Source: an uncultured bacterium | GTDB taxonomy: Bacteria > Krumholzibacteriota > Krumholzibacteriia > Krumholzibacteriales > Krumholzibacteriaceae | Direction of reading: 5' to 3' | DNA length: 64,000 nucleotides | Assembly: GCA_963786935.1 (NCBI GenBank) | Contig: CAWBAN010000003.1 | Span: forward strand, 411,665 to 475,664 | Shown here: piece by piece, positions 10,801 through 20,595 of the stretch | Numbering within the stretch: position 1 is the first letter of the stretch | Layout of the letters: every line of letters begins with the position of its first letter | Translations under genes and position numbers: made by a program | Notes under the pieces: generated by a model | Database searches by the model: none | Seen by the model: the letters and a program-made list of their open reading frames with translations, nothing else | What the model was told of the DNA's origin: nothing

Positions 10801-11036
10801 CGAAGAAGCCGAACGTGTCGGACCTCCTCGCCTCGAAGAAGCTCGATCTCATCGTCAGCATGCCGAAGAATTACGGGGACATCGGCACGGGGGACAGCTA
10901 CATCATCAGGCGCTGCGCCGTCGATTACTCGATCCCGCTGATCAATAACGTGCAGATCGCGAAGCTCTTCGTCGGGGCGATCTCGAAGCGCAGCATCGAG
11001 GACCTCGAAATCAAATCATGGGACGAATACGCCTGA
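7848..11036 (+). CDS. carB: Carbamoyl-phosphate synthase large subunit
   Basis: [59 protein letters not shown], duplicated ATP-grasp, C-terminal MGS domain. Confidence 0.98.
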   Translation: [1062 protein letters not shown]

Positions 11037-11051
11037 GCAGGAGGAAGCGGA

Positions 11052-12701
11052 ATGTCGAAGATCGCGTACTTCTCCATGGAGATCGGCATCGACGAGCAGA
11101 TCCCCACGTACAGCGGGGGCCTCGGCATCCTCGCCGGGGATACGCTCAAGTCATGCGCCGATCTCAGGGTTCCCATCGTCGCGGTGACGCTGCTGTCCGA
11201 GAACGGCTATTTCTACCAGGGGATCGACTGCGACGGCGGCCAGACGGAGCTTCCCATCAACTTCAACGTCGGCGAAGTCCTCGAGCCGCTCCCGGGGACG
11301 GCCGAGGTCATCATCGAGAACCGCCCGGTGCGGATCCGCGTGTGGCGCTACCTCCTCAAGGGCGTGACCGGGCACACCGTCCCGGTTCTGTTCCTCGACA
11401 CGAACGTCGAGGGGAACGGCGAGTGGGACCGAACGCTCACGAAATACCTCTACGGCGGCGACGATAAATACCGTCTCGCGCAGGAGATCGTGCTCGGCGT
11501 GGGGGGCGTGCGCGCGCTCGAGGCGCTCGGATTCGCCGGGATCGAGCGATACCACATGAACGAGGGGCACGCCGCCGTGCTGACGCTCGAGCTCTTCAGG
11601 CAGGCGAAGGATCTCGATCGCGTGCGGCAGCGCTGCGTCTTCACGACGCATACGCCGGTCGCCGCGGGGCACGATCAGTTCGAGCTCTCGTTCGCCCGGC
11701 CGATGCTCGGCGATATGCTGCCGGATTCCCTCGTGCCGGACGTCACGTTCGAGAACAAGCTCAACATGACGATGCTCGCGCTCCATTTCAGCCGCTACGT
11801 CAACGGGGTCGCGAAAAAGCACGGCGAGGTTTCCCGGCGCATGTTCCCCGGCTATACGATCGATTCGATCACGAACGGCGTGCATTCGGCGACGTGGACG
11901 TCGGAGCCGTTCCAGCGGCTGTTCGACGCGCACATGCCGGGATGGCGCGCCGATTCGTACATTCTCCGCTCGGCGTTCGGCATCCCCAAGCAGGAGGTCT
12001 GGGCCGCGCACCAGGAGGCGGAGCACGCGCTCATCGATTTCGTGAACGGCCGGCACAACGCGGGATTCTCCGTCGAGAGCTTCACGATCGGATTCGCGAG
12101 GAGACAGACCGCGTACAAGCGCCCCGATCTCCTCATCTCCGATATCCCGCGGCTCCAGCGGATCGCCGAGACGGTCGGCCCCATCCAGATCGTGTACGCG
12201 GGGAAGGCCCATCCGAAAGACGCGTCCGGCAAGGAGTCGATCAAGAAGATCATCGAGACCTCGAAGAAGCTCGGCGGCAAGGTGAAGATGGTCTACATCC
12301 CCAACTACGACATCGCCATCGGGAAACTGATGGTCGCCGGCGTCGATCTCTGGCTGAACACGCCCCGGCGGCCGTACGAGGCCTCGGGGACCTCGGGCAT
12401 GAAGGCCGCGCACAACGGCGTCCCGCAGTTCAGCACGCTCGACGGGTGGTGGCTCGAGGGATGCATCGAGAACATCACCGGCTGGGCGATCGGCCCGGAG
12501 AAGACCGCGCAGCAGGAATCCGACGACGAGGTCGACCGGCGCGATCTCTACGACAAGCTCGAGAAGCTCATCCTGCCGAAGTACTACCGCGATCGCGACA
12601 ACTGGATCCGCACGATGCGGAGCTGCATCGCGATCAACGGCTCGTTCTTTAACACGAACCGCATGGTGCAGCAGTACGTCATGAACGCCTACTTCGAGTA
12701 A
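11052..12701 (+). CDS. glgP: Alpha-glucan (glycogen/maltodextrin) phosphorylase, short type
   Basis: YFSMEIG..YSGGLGILAGD, HMNEGH, FTTHTP, ITNGVH, PLP-binding EASGTSGMK. Confidence 0.93.
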   Translation: MSKIAYFSMEIGIDEQIPTYSGGLGILAGDTLKSCADLRVPIVAVTLLSENGYFYQGIDCDGGQTELPINFNVGEVLEPLPGTAEVIIENRPVRIRVWRYLLKGVTGHTVPVLFLDTNVEGNGEWDRTLTKYLYGGDDKYRLAQEIVLGVGGVRALEALGFAGIERYHMNEGHAAVLTLELFRQAKDLDRVRQRCVFTTHTPVAAGHDQFELSFARPMLGDMLPDSLVPDVTFENKLNMTMLALHFSRYVNGVAKKHGEVSRRMFPGYTIDSITNGVHSATWTSEPFQRLFDAHMPGWRADSYILRSAFGIPKQEVWAAHQEAEHALIDFVNGRHNAGFSVESFTIGFARRQTAYKRPDLLISDIPRLQRIAETVGPIQIVYAGKAHPKDASGKESIKKIIETSKKLGGKVKMVYIPNYDIAIGKLMVAGVDLWLNTPRRPYEASGTSGMKAAHNGVPQFSTLDGWWLEGCIENITGWAIGPEKTAQQESDDEVDRRDLYDKLEKLILPKYYRDRDNWIRTMRSCIAINGSFFNTNRMVQQYVMNAYFE

Positions 12702-12702
12702 C

Positions 12703-12957
12703 GCGGGTCCTGCCGCTGCTTGCACCCCGCGCGTGCTCACACGCAAGGCGTGTTCCGCCCGCGCAGGGACCCCAGCAGCGTCACCCGCTAACGGTGCCCA
12801 CACACAGGAGCGCCACCCGTGTCACCCACAAAAAAGTCCGGTCCCCCGCAAAGGAGGACCGGACTACAAGGCGCGGGGCCTGTCGGCGATTGCACCCCGC
12901 ACGTGCTCGCTGACGCTGCGCGCGTGCGGGGGCCCCATCGCCGCCACCCGCGCGCCT
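12703..12957. repeat. Two related long-hairpin (REP-like) elements, about 12703-12788 and 12870-12957
   Basis: Both share GCGGG(T/G)CCTG..TTGCACCCCGC(G/A)CGTGCTC...GGG(A/G)CCCCA...CACCCGC and fold back on themselves. Confidence 0.7.
12830..12865 (-). terminator. Rho-independent terminator of the DUF6600-like gene
   Basis: AGTCCGGTCC...GGACCGGACT stem preceded by an A run, which is a U tract on the minus strand. Confidence 0.75.
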
Positions 12958-12970
12958 CATGCGCCGCGCA

Positions 12971-13927
12971 TTATCGCCGCTTGACCGATTTCTGCTGACG
13001 CTCCTGCTGCTGCTTCTGCTCCTGCTTCTGTTTTTCCTTCTGTTTCTGCTGCTGCCGCTGTTCCGGCGTGCGCTGCGGCTGCGTGTCGCGCCGCGGCGCA
13101 CGCTCCCGCGGCACGAGCACCTCGCGCTCGACCGTCGGGCGGTGCTCCCGGACCCGATCCGCATCGCGTTCCGGCACGACCATCTTCGTCCGCGCGACTT
13201 CCTTCGGGCGGTAGTACTTCAACGGCACCTTCGGCGCGTCGGCCCTCAGATCGACGCGTTCCCGCGAGATCCGCACCGGCGGGAGCGCGCGATTCGTGAT
13301 CCGCTCGACGTCGCGGTGTCCCGGCGGCTGCCTCATCCACGCGCCGTGATGGCTCGGCTCTCCATGGAACGGGTGATGAATCCGGTGATGTCCGATATAT
13401 TCGTTTGTGAAGTGATTGTAGTCGACCATGATCCAGGCGTTGAATCCGTTGTATTCCCAGGGATGATTATGCCAGTAATGGTGCGGGGGAGGCATCGGCG
13501 CCCACGCGCAGTAGTTCCCGTACGTGTACCACTCGACCCTCGCCGGCGACCATATCCGGCCCGGCATCCAGAACCAGCCGTAGGAGGGCTCGTAATACCA
13601 GTAACCGTAGTGGAACACGAGCCATCCGAAGGGCTCATAAGAAATCCACGCCCATCCGTCGTACGTCCAGCTCCAGTGCCCGTGGAAGAACGGGCTCCAC
13701 TCCTCGACGACGTAGGGCATCCAAACCATGCCGTAGTCAGGAGTGTCCACCCATTCGCCATAATCGGACAGGTATTCGTAATCGCCGAGGTTGATCTGGA
13801 GTCCGACCGACCAGCGGCCGGAACGATGGGCGAACGCCGGCTGCGGAGTGAGCGCCGCCAGGACGAGAACGCCCAAGAGCATGATAACACAGCTCTTCGG
13901 CATCCGATTCATTAGAGAGCGGAACAT
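12971..13927 (-). CDS. DUF6600-like secreted Trp/Tyr/Pro-rich protein with Q/K/E-rich tail
   Basis: Signal peptide; 'LSDYGEWV..PDYGMVWMP...W.PF.HGHW...GWAWISYEPFGWL.FHYGYW...GWFWMPG..WSPA.V.W...WAP'. Confidence 0.8.
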   Translation of the reverse strand: MFRSLMNRMPKSCVIMLLGVLVLAALTPQPAFAHRSGRWSVGLQINLGDYEYLSDYGEWVDTPDYGMVWMPYVVEEWSPFFHGHWSWTYDGWAWISYEPFGWLVFHYGYWYYEPSYGWFWMPGRIWSPARVEWYTYGNYCAWAPMPPPHHYWHNHPWEYNGFNAWIMVDYNHFTNEYIGHHRIHHPFHGEPSHHGAWMRQPPGHRDVERITNRALPPVRISRERVDLRADAPKVPLKYYRPKEVARTKMVVPERDADRVREHRPTVEREVLVPRERAPRRDTQPQRTPEQRQQQKQKEKQKQEQKQQQERQQKSVKRR

Positions 13928-14050
13928 ACGCTCCCTTCCTTTCTACAGGGGATTGCGCGGCCTCCGTGCCCCCGGGCCGCCGCGAAGGTCTCTCCTGTCA
14001 TACGGGTTCCTTGCATGATTTGTTCCTGACCCGGGCCCTGTTTTCCCCGG

Positions 14051-15562
14051 TCATCCCTTCCGGCCTCCGAGAATCGAACCGAGCACTCCCCGCATGATCT
14101 GCCGGCCGAGCTGCGATCCCATGGCGTGCGCGGCGCTGTGCGCGAGCGACCCGAACATGTCTTTCGTCTGGGATTTCGGCTCGCGGGGCTGGCGCGGCTC
14201 CCGCGGCGCCCGCGGGGCGCCGTACGGCGTTCCCGGCGACGGCACGCGCACGTCGAACGTCTCCGCGGCGGCGCTCGCCGCGCGCTCCTCCATGCGGCGC
14301 TTGATGATCTCGTACGCCGACTCGCGGTCGATCGTCTGCTCGTAGCGCCCGAAGCGCTGCGAGCTCCGGATCAGCGCCGTCCGCTCCTCCGGCGTGATCG
14401 TTCCGATGCGACTCTCGGGCGGGAGCACGAACGCGCGCTCGACGATCATCGGGATGCCCTTCTCGTCGAGGAACGACACGAGCGCCTCGCCGACGGCGAG
14501 CTCGGTCATGACCTGTTCGATGTTCAGCCCGGGATTGGAGCGGAACGTCGCCGCCATCGCCTTGATCGCCTTCTGATCGTTCGGCGTGAACGCCCTGAGC
14601 GCGTGCTGGACGCGGTTCCCGAGCTGCGCGAGCACCTTCTCGGGGATGTCGACCGGATTCTGCGTCACGAAATAGACGCCGACCCCTTTCGAGCGGATGA
14701 GCCGGACGACCTGCTCGATCTTGTCGAGGAGGGCGGGGGAGGCGTCCTCGAAGAGGAAGTGCGCCTCGTCGAAGAAGAAGACGAGCTTCGGCCGCTCGAG
14801 GTCCCCGGCCTCGGGCAGCTGCTCGAAGAGCTCCGACATGAGCCAGAGGAGGAAGGTCGAATAGAGCTTCGGGTGCTGGATGAGCCGGTCGGCCGCGAGA
14901 ACGTTGATCATCCCGCGTCCGTCCGTGTCGTTCCTGACGAGATCGAAGATGTCGAGCATCGGCTCGCCGAAGAATTCCTCGGCCCCCTGCGCGTCGAGCT
15001 CGAGGAGCCCCCGCTGGATCGCGCCGACGCTCGCCTTCGACACGTTGCCGTACTCCGTCGTGAACTGCGACGCGTTGTCGCCGACGAACTGCACGAGCGC
15101 GCGGAGGTCCTTGAGATCGAGGAGGAGGAGCCCGCCGTCGTCGGCGATCTTGAAGATGAGCGTGAGGACGCCGGTCTGCACCTCGTTCAGGGCGAGGAGC
15201 CGGCCGAGGAGGAGGGGCCCCATATCGGACACGGTGGCCCGCACCGGATGCCCGTTTGCGCCGGCGACGTCCCAGAACGTGACGGGGTAGCTCCGGTGCG
15301 CGAAACCGGCGAGCTCGAGCAGGGCGACCCGCTCCTCGATCTTCGGGTTCCCGCCCCCCGGCCGGCTCAAGCCCGCGAGGTCCCCCTTGACGTCGGCGAG
15401 GAACACGGGAATCCCGTTCGCGCTCAGGTTCTCGGCGATCGTCTGCAGGGTGACCGTTTTTCCGGTTCCCGTGGCTCCCGCGATGAGCCCGTGGCGGCTC
15501 ACCATGCGCGGGACGAGTTGGAACTCCGACCCGGCCTTCGCGATGATCATCGGAGCGGACAT
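14051..15562 (-). CDS. HerA-like ATPase, DUF853 (YjgR-like)
   Basis: [55 protein letters not shown]. Confidence 0.93.
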   Translation of the reverse strand: MSAPMIIAKAGSEFQLVPRMVSRHGLIAGATGTGKTVTLQTIAENLSANGIPVFLADVKGDLAGLSRPGGGNPKIEERVALLELAGFAHRSYPVTFWDVAGANGHPVRATVSDMGPLLLGRLLALNEVQTGVLTLIFKIADDGGLLLLDLKDLRALVQFVGDNASQFTTEYGNVSKASVGAIQRGLLELDAQGAEEFFGEPMLDIFDLVRNDTDGRGMINVLAADRLIQHPKLYSTFLLWLMSELFEQLPEAGDLERPKLVFFFDEAHFLFEDASPALLDKIEQVVRLIRSKGVGVYFVTQNPVDIPEKVLAQLGNRVQHALRAFTPNDQKAIKAMAATFRSNPGLNIEQVMTELAVGEALVSFLDEKGIPMIVERAFVLPPESRIGTITPEERTALIRSSQRFGRYEQTIDRESAYEIIKRRMEERAASAAAETFDVRVPSPGTPYGAPRAPREPRQPREPKSQTKDMFGSLAHSAAHAMGSQLGRQIMRGVLGSILGGRKG

Positions 15563-15610
15563 GGCGTTCCTCCTCCGGGCGCGCGGCGCGCCGCGATTTC
15601 TCTTGCTCCG

Positions 15611-17305
15611 TCAGGTCTTCGTCGCCCTCTCGAGCCGTTTCATGACGCTGAACATGAACGTCGCCGAGAGCGTGCAGCAGGCGACGAGCACCATCCAGAG
15701 CCCCCATACGGGGAGCCGCATCCAGAGCGATCCGATGATGGCGAGGAGATAGTTGCCGATCGCGGTCGCCGCGAACCAGCCGCCCTGCATGAGCCCCTTG
15801 TACTGGGGCGGGGCCACCTTCGACACGAACGATATTCCCATCGGGCTCAGGAACAGCTCGGCGATGGTGAGGATGAAGTACGTCCAGATCAGCCAGTACG
15901 GAGAGACGAGCTGATCGGGGGGCGCCACCGTGCCGCCGAGCATCTTCGGGCTCGAAAGCCCGATCGATCCGACGACGAGCACGAGGAAGCCGGCCGCCGT
16001 GATCAGCATCCCGTAGCCGATCTTGCGCGGGGCCGAGGGCTCCTTGCCTTTCGCGTTCAGGACGCTGAACAGCGCGACGAAGAGCGGCGTCAGGGCCACG
16101 ATGAAGAACGGGTTGAAATGCTGGAATTTCTGCGGCGTGAAGGGATTCACGTCGGCGTAGCCGTTGTATCTGAGATACGCGAGCGCGGCGAAGAGGACGA
16201 AGCCGATCGCGCCGAGCCCCCGCACGAGCCCCGAGCCGCCCTTCCTGAGCGCGAAGTATGCGCCGACGACCGCGAGGAATATCGGGAGCAGGCCGAAGAG
16301 ATCGAACCACAGGTTCGTCATCTTGCCCACGCTCGGCTGCGTGTAATCCCGGGCGAAGAGCGTCATCGTGACGCCGTTCTGGTGGAACGACATCCAGAAG
16401 AAGACGACGACGAAGTAAACGAGCCCGAGCGCGATGAGGCGCTCCTTCACCTGCGCCGGCGTCAGGCTCTCGACGTGCGACGGCGCAGCCGTGCCCTTCA
16501 TCGCGCCTCCCGCCGTGCGGCTCACCATGTAGTCGGCGTGCCCGTAGTGCCTGCGGAAGCCCCAGAAGATGATCATCGAAACGATGAGGCTGATGCACGC
16601 CACGCCGAACCCGTAGTGATACGATTTGCTGAGGACATTGATGTAGTTCGTGGAGAAGGCGCCGAGCGTCTCCATCGTGATGCCCGGATCCTGCGCCTGC
16701 GCGTAGCCGAGGTACTGCGATGCGTCCGCGAGCGTGCCCTTGAGGAACTGGTTCGCGAGCGCCGGGATCCGGTTGTCGTAGAAGTAGTGCGCCTTCGAGA
16801 GGATCCAGTTGTTGATCGTCTCGGCGGCCGTCGGGGCGAACATCGCGCCGATGTTGATTCCCATGTAGAATATGCTGAACGCGCGATCGCGGCCCGCGCT
16901 GTACTTCGGATCGTCGTAGAGTTTGCCGACGAGGGCCTGCAGGTTCCCCTTGAAGAAGCCGGTGCCGAGCGCGATCGTCGCGAGCGCGGCGATGATGAGG
17001 GGGAAGCCGGTGTTCATCGTGCTCGGGATGGCGAGCAGCAGGTAGCCGATGAACATAATGATCAATCCGAGGCCGATCGTCTTCCCGTAGCCGAGGACGC
17101 GGTCGGCCAAGAGCCCCCCGAGGAGCGGGAAGAAGTAGACGCAGAACATGAAGCCGCCGTAGATCTGGCTCGCCCTCGCGGCGCTGAATCCGTATTTGGC
17201 CTGCAGGAAGAGCATGAAGATGGCCAGCATGGTGTAGAAGCCGAAGCGCTCACCCATGTTGGCGAAGAACGCGACGAACAGACCCTTCGGATGCCCTTGC
17301 AACAT
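15611..17305 (-). CDS. POT/PTR-family di/tripeptide MFS transporter
   Basis: GHPKGL, ERFGFY, GFFKGN, FYMGINIGA, AELFLSPMG; AAAGGA RBS favours the start at 17305. Confidence 0.93.
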   Translation of the reverse strand: MLQGHPKGLFVAFFANMGERFGFYTMLAIFMLFLQAKYGFSAARASQIYGGFMFCVYFFPLLGGLLADRVLGYGKTIGLGLIIMFIGYLLLAIPSTMNTGFPLIIAALATIALGTGFFKGNLQALVGKLYDDPKYSAGRDRAFSIFYMGINIGAMFAPTAAETINNWILSKAHYFYDNRIPALANQFLKGTLADASQYLGYAQAQDPGITMETLGAFSTNYINVLSKSYHYGFGVACISLIVSMIIFWGFRRHYGHADYMVSRTAGGAMKGTAAPSHVESLTPAQVKERLIALGLVYFVVVFFWMSFHQNGVTMTLFARDYTQPSVGKMTNLWFDLFGLLPIFLAVVGAYFALRKGGSGLVRGLGAIGFVLFAALAYLRYNGYADVNPFTPQKFQHFNPFFIVALTPLFVALFSVLNAKGKEPSAPRKIGYGMLITAAGFLVLVVGSIGLSSPKMLGGTVAPPDQLVSPYWLIWTYFILTIAELFLSPMGISFVSKVAPPQYKGLMQGGWFAATAIGNYLLAIIGSLWMRLPVWGLWMVLVACCTLSATFMFSVMKRLERATKT

Positions 17306-17468
17306 ACCGGTTCCTTTCTCCATAGAAGCCCCGGATAACACCCATCGGGGATAGTAGGCGAGCCTGTTTGCCGGGGCAAGATGAATTTCGGCGGCTTTTC
17401 GGGACACCCACGACGCTCTGGGCACCTTGAAATGCCAAGGCACTCATGCCATAATATTCATCGATCCA

Positions 17469-17499
17469 ATGCGGGCCGGCCGTTCGGGCCGGCCCGCAT
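17469..17499. terminator. Hairpin downstream of the czcA-like gene
   Basis: 13-bp perfect inverted repeat ATGCGGGCCGGCC-GTTCG-GGCCGGCCCGCAT. Confidence 0.55.
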
Positions 17500-17515
17500 G
17501 CTGTTTGCATCCGCG

Positions 17516-20500
17516 TCAATTTTCCCTTCTCCGCTGCGCCCAGCAGTACACCGTCGGAAGAACGAGGAGCGTCAAAAGGGTCGACGTGATCAGCCCGCCC
17601 ATGACCACGACGGCGAGCGGCCTCTGGATGTCCGCCCCCGACCCGGCCGCGTACAGGAGGGGTAGCTGTCCGATGAAGGTCGTCAGGGCCGTCATCAGAA
17701 GCGGCCGGAAGCGAAGGGCGCATCCTTCACGCACGGTTTCGTCGACGGAACGGCCTTGCTGCCGAAGCTGTATGAAGAACGTCACGAGAACGACGCCGTT
17801 CTGCACGGCCACGCCGAGCAGCATGACGAACGCGATCGACGCCGACACCGAGAGCGGTATCCCGAAGAGCACGACGGCGACGACGCCGCCGACGACCGCG
17901 AAGGGAAGATTCAGAAACACGAGGAGCGAGTAGCGTATCGATCCGAGCGCCATGAAGAGGAGGAGGAGTATCGCGGCGAGCGCGACGGGAACCACGATGG
18001 AGATCTGCCGCATCGCCCGCTGCTGATTCTCGAACTGTCCTCCGTACTCGATGAAGTACCCGGGGGGCAGCGTGCCGGTGAGCGGCGCCAGAGCGCTCCG
18101 GGCCTCCCGCACGAAGCCGCCGAGATCGCGCCCGCGGATGTTCGTCTCGACGACGACGCGGCGCATCCCGTTTTCGCGGCTGATCTGCGCGGGAGCCTCG
18201 GTCAGCCGTATCGACGCGAGCTGCCCCAGGGGCACGCGCTCTCCGCCCGGAGCCGCTATCAACAGGCGTTCCACGTCTTCCAGGCGCGCCTTGCTCGATT
18301 CCGGAAAGCGGATGACGACGGCGAAGCGCTTCTCGTCCTCGGCGAGCATCGTCGCCGTCTTTCCCGCGAGCGCGGTCTCGATGAGATCTCCGACGTCGGC
18401 GGCGTTGATGCCGTATCGCGCGATGGCGCCCCGGTCGATCTCGACGTCGTACTGCTCCATCCCCGCGACCTGCTCGACCTTGACGTCCGCGGAGCCTTCG
18501 ATCCCCGAAATGACCGCGGCGGCCTCGTCCGCGTAACCCTTCAGGGCCTGCAGATCCGGTCCGAACAGCTTGACCGCGAGATCGCTCTTCACGCCGGAGA
18601 TGAGCTCGTTGACGCGGAGCGCGATGGGCTGCGAGATCGAGAGGCGCACCCCCGGAACGGCCGAGAGCGAATCGCTGATCGCGGCGACGAGCTCCTTCTT
18701 GTTCCGGCCGGTACCCCATTCCGCGCGGGGTTTCAGCATGATGGTGAGATCCGTTTGCTCGGGACCCATCGGGTCCTCCGAGATCTCGGCCCGTCCCGTT
18801 TTGCTGACCACCGTTGAGATCTCGGGGAACTTCAGAAGCTGCTTTTCCATGAAATCGGCCACGGCGACCGAGCCGTCGAGGGCGGCGTTCGGCAGCCGGA
18901 CGACGTTGATGGCGATCGATCCTTCGTCGAGCGACGGCATGAACTCCGTGCCCATGCGGGGCGCGAGCACCGCCGCGACGGCGAGGGCGCCGAGCGCGAT
19001 CGCGATGGTGGTCCGGGGATGGCGGACGGCACGGTCGAGCGCGCGCATATAGGCCGTCCGAAGGCGCCGCGCGAATCCGAATTCGCGCACCGGCGTCCGT
19101 TTCAGAAACGCGTCGGCGAGCACGGGGCTGATGAAGAGGGCGATCACGAGCGACACGAGGAGCGCGATCAGCATGGTCGCCGTGAGCGGCTTGAACATTC
19201 TTCCCTCGATCCCCTGCAGGGTGAAGAGCGGCACGAGAATGATCGCGATGATGAGCGCGGAGAAGGCGACCGGCCGCACGACCTCCGATACGGCCTCGGC
19301 GACGATCGCCCGCTTGGGCGCCTGATCGCCGCGGTCCGCGAGATGCCGCCGGATGTTCTCCACCACGACGATCGCCGCGTCGACGATGATGCCCACCGAG
19401 AACGCGAGCCCTCCGAGGCTCATCAGATTTGCGGAGAGCCCCAGCTGTTTCATCATGATGAAGGTGACGAGAAAGGTGAGGGGCAGGGAGAAGATCACGA
19501 TCAGCGCCGTGCGCATCTCGAACAGGAAGAGGAAGAGCACGAGGATGACGAAGAGCGCGCCCTGCAGAAGGGCGCCTTGCACGGTGCCGATGCAATCCCG
19601 GATGAGGGAGGTGCGATCGTAGAAGACGCTGATGCGCACCCCTTTCGGGAGCGCGGGCCGGATGCGCTCCACCGCCTCTTTGACGCGGCCGACGACCTCG
19701 CGGGAGTTTTCCCCCTTGAGCATGATGACCATGCCGGCGACGGCCTCGCCCTTTCCGTCGCGGGTCACGGCTCCCTGCCGCGGTGCGGCGCCGATCGCCA
19801 CCTCCGCGACGTCGCGGAGAAGCACCGGCGATCCGTCGTACGTCTTGAGGACGACGCGCTCGATGTCCGGGATGTCCCGCAGGAGCCCCACGCCGCGCAG
19901 ATACGCCTGCTCCCATCCGCGAACGATCACGCCGCCGGCGGCGACCGCGTTGTTGCGTTCGACGGCCTCGAACACCTCGTCGACCGTCAGACCGTACTTC
20001 AGCAGCTTGGCGGGATCGACGAACACCTGATACTGCTTCACCCGGCCGCCGAAGCTGTTGATCTCGTTCACGCCGGGAATCGGTTTGAGGAGCGGTGCGA
20101 CCAGCCAATCCTGTATCGTGCGCAGCTCCATCGGCGAATGCCTGTCGCTCTCGAGCGTGTACTGGAAGATCTCGCCGAGGCCGGTGCTGATCGGGCCGAG
20201 CTCCGGCTCCACCCCCGGGGAAGCTCTTCCCGGGCCTGCGAGAGCCGCTCGAATACGACCTGCCGGGTCCAGTAGGTGTCGACGCCGTCCTCGAACACGA
20301 CGACGACCTGGGAGAGCTCTGCCCTCGAGAGGGAACGCACGAGGGTGACCCGAGGCAGCCCGCGCATCTGCTGCTCGATCGGGTAGCTGACGCGCCGCTC
20401 GACGTCCACCGCGGCGAGCCCGGGGGCTTTCGTCAGGATCATGACCTGGGTGTTCGTGACGTCGGGGAACGCGTCGATTTCGATCCGGTTCCAGGCGACG

Positions 20501-20580
20501 GCGCCGAGCACCATCGCGAGGATCGTAACCGCGAACACGTAGGTGCGCTGAGCGAGCAGGAACGAAATGATCGAACGCAT
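17516..20580 (-). CDS. czcA: CusA/CzcA-family heavy-metal RND permease, with an apparent 1-nt frameshift near 20215
   Basis: The N-terminal ORF (IDAFPDVTNTQV...YWTRQVVFERL) and C-terminal ORF (PELGPISTGLGEIFQY, SANLMSLGG, RFRPLLMTA, QRPLAVVVMGGL) join if one G is restored in the CCCCGGGGG run. Confidence 0.9.
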
Positions 20581-20595
20581 GTGATCTCCTTTCGC

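Noticed and set aside
20205..20225. Programmed frameshift or phase variation in czcA
   Set aside because: A short C4G5 run missing one base is more simply a homopolymer sequencing error, given other indels in the window; it cannot be excluded without reads.
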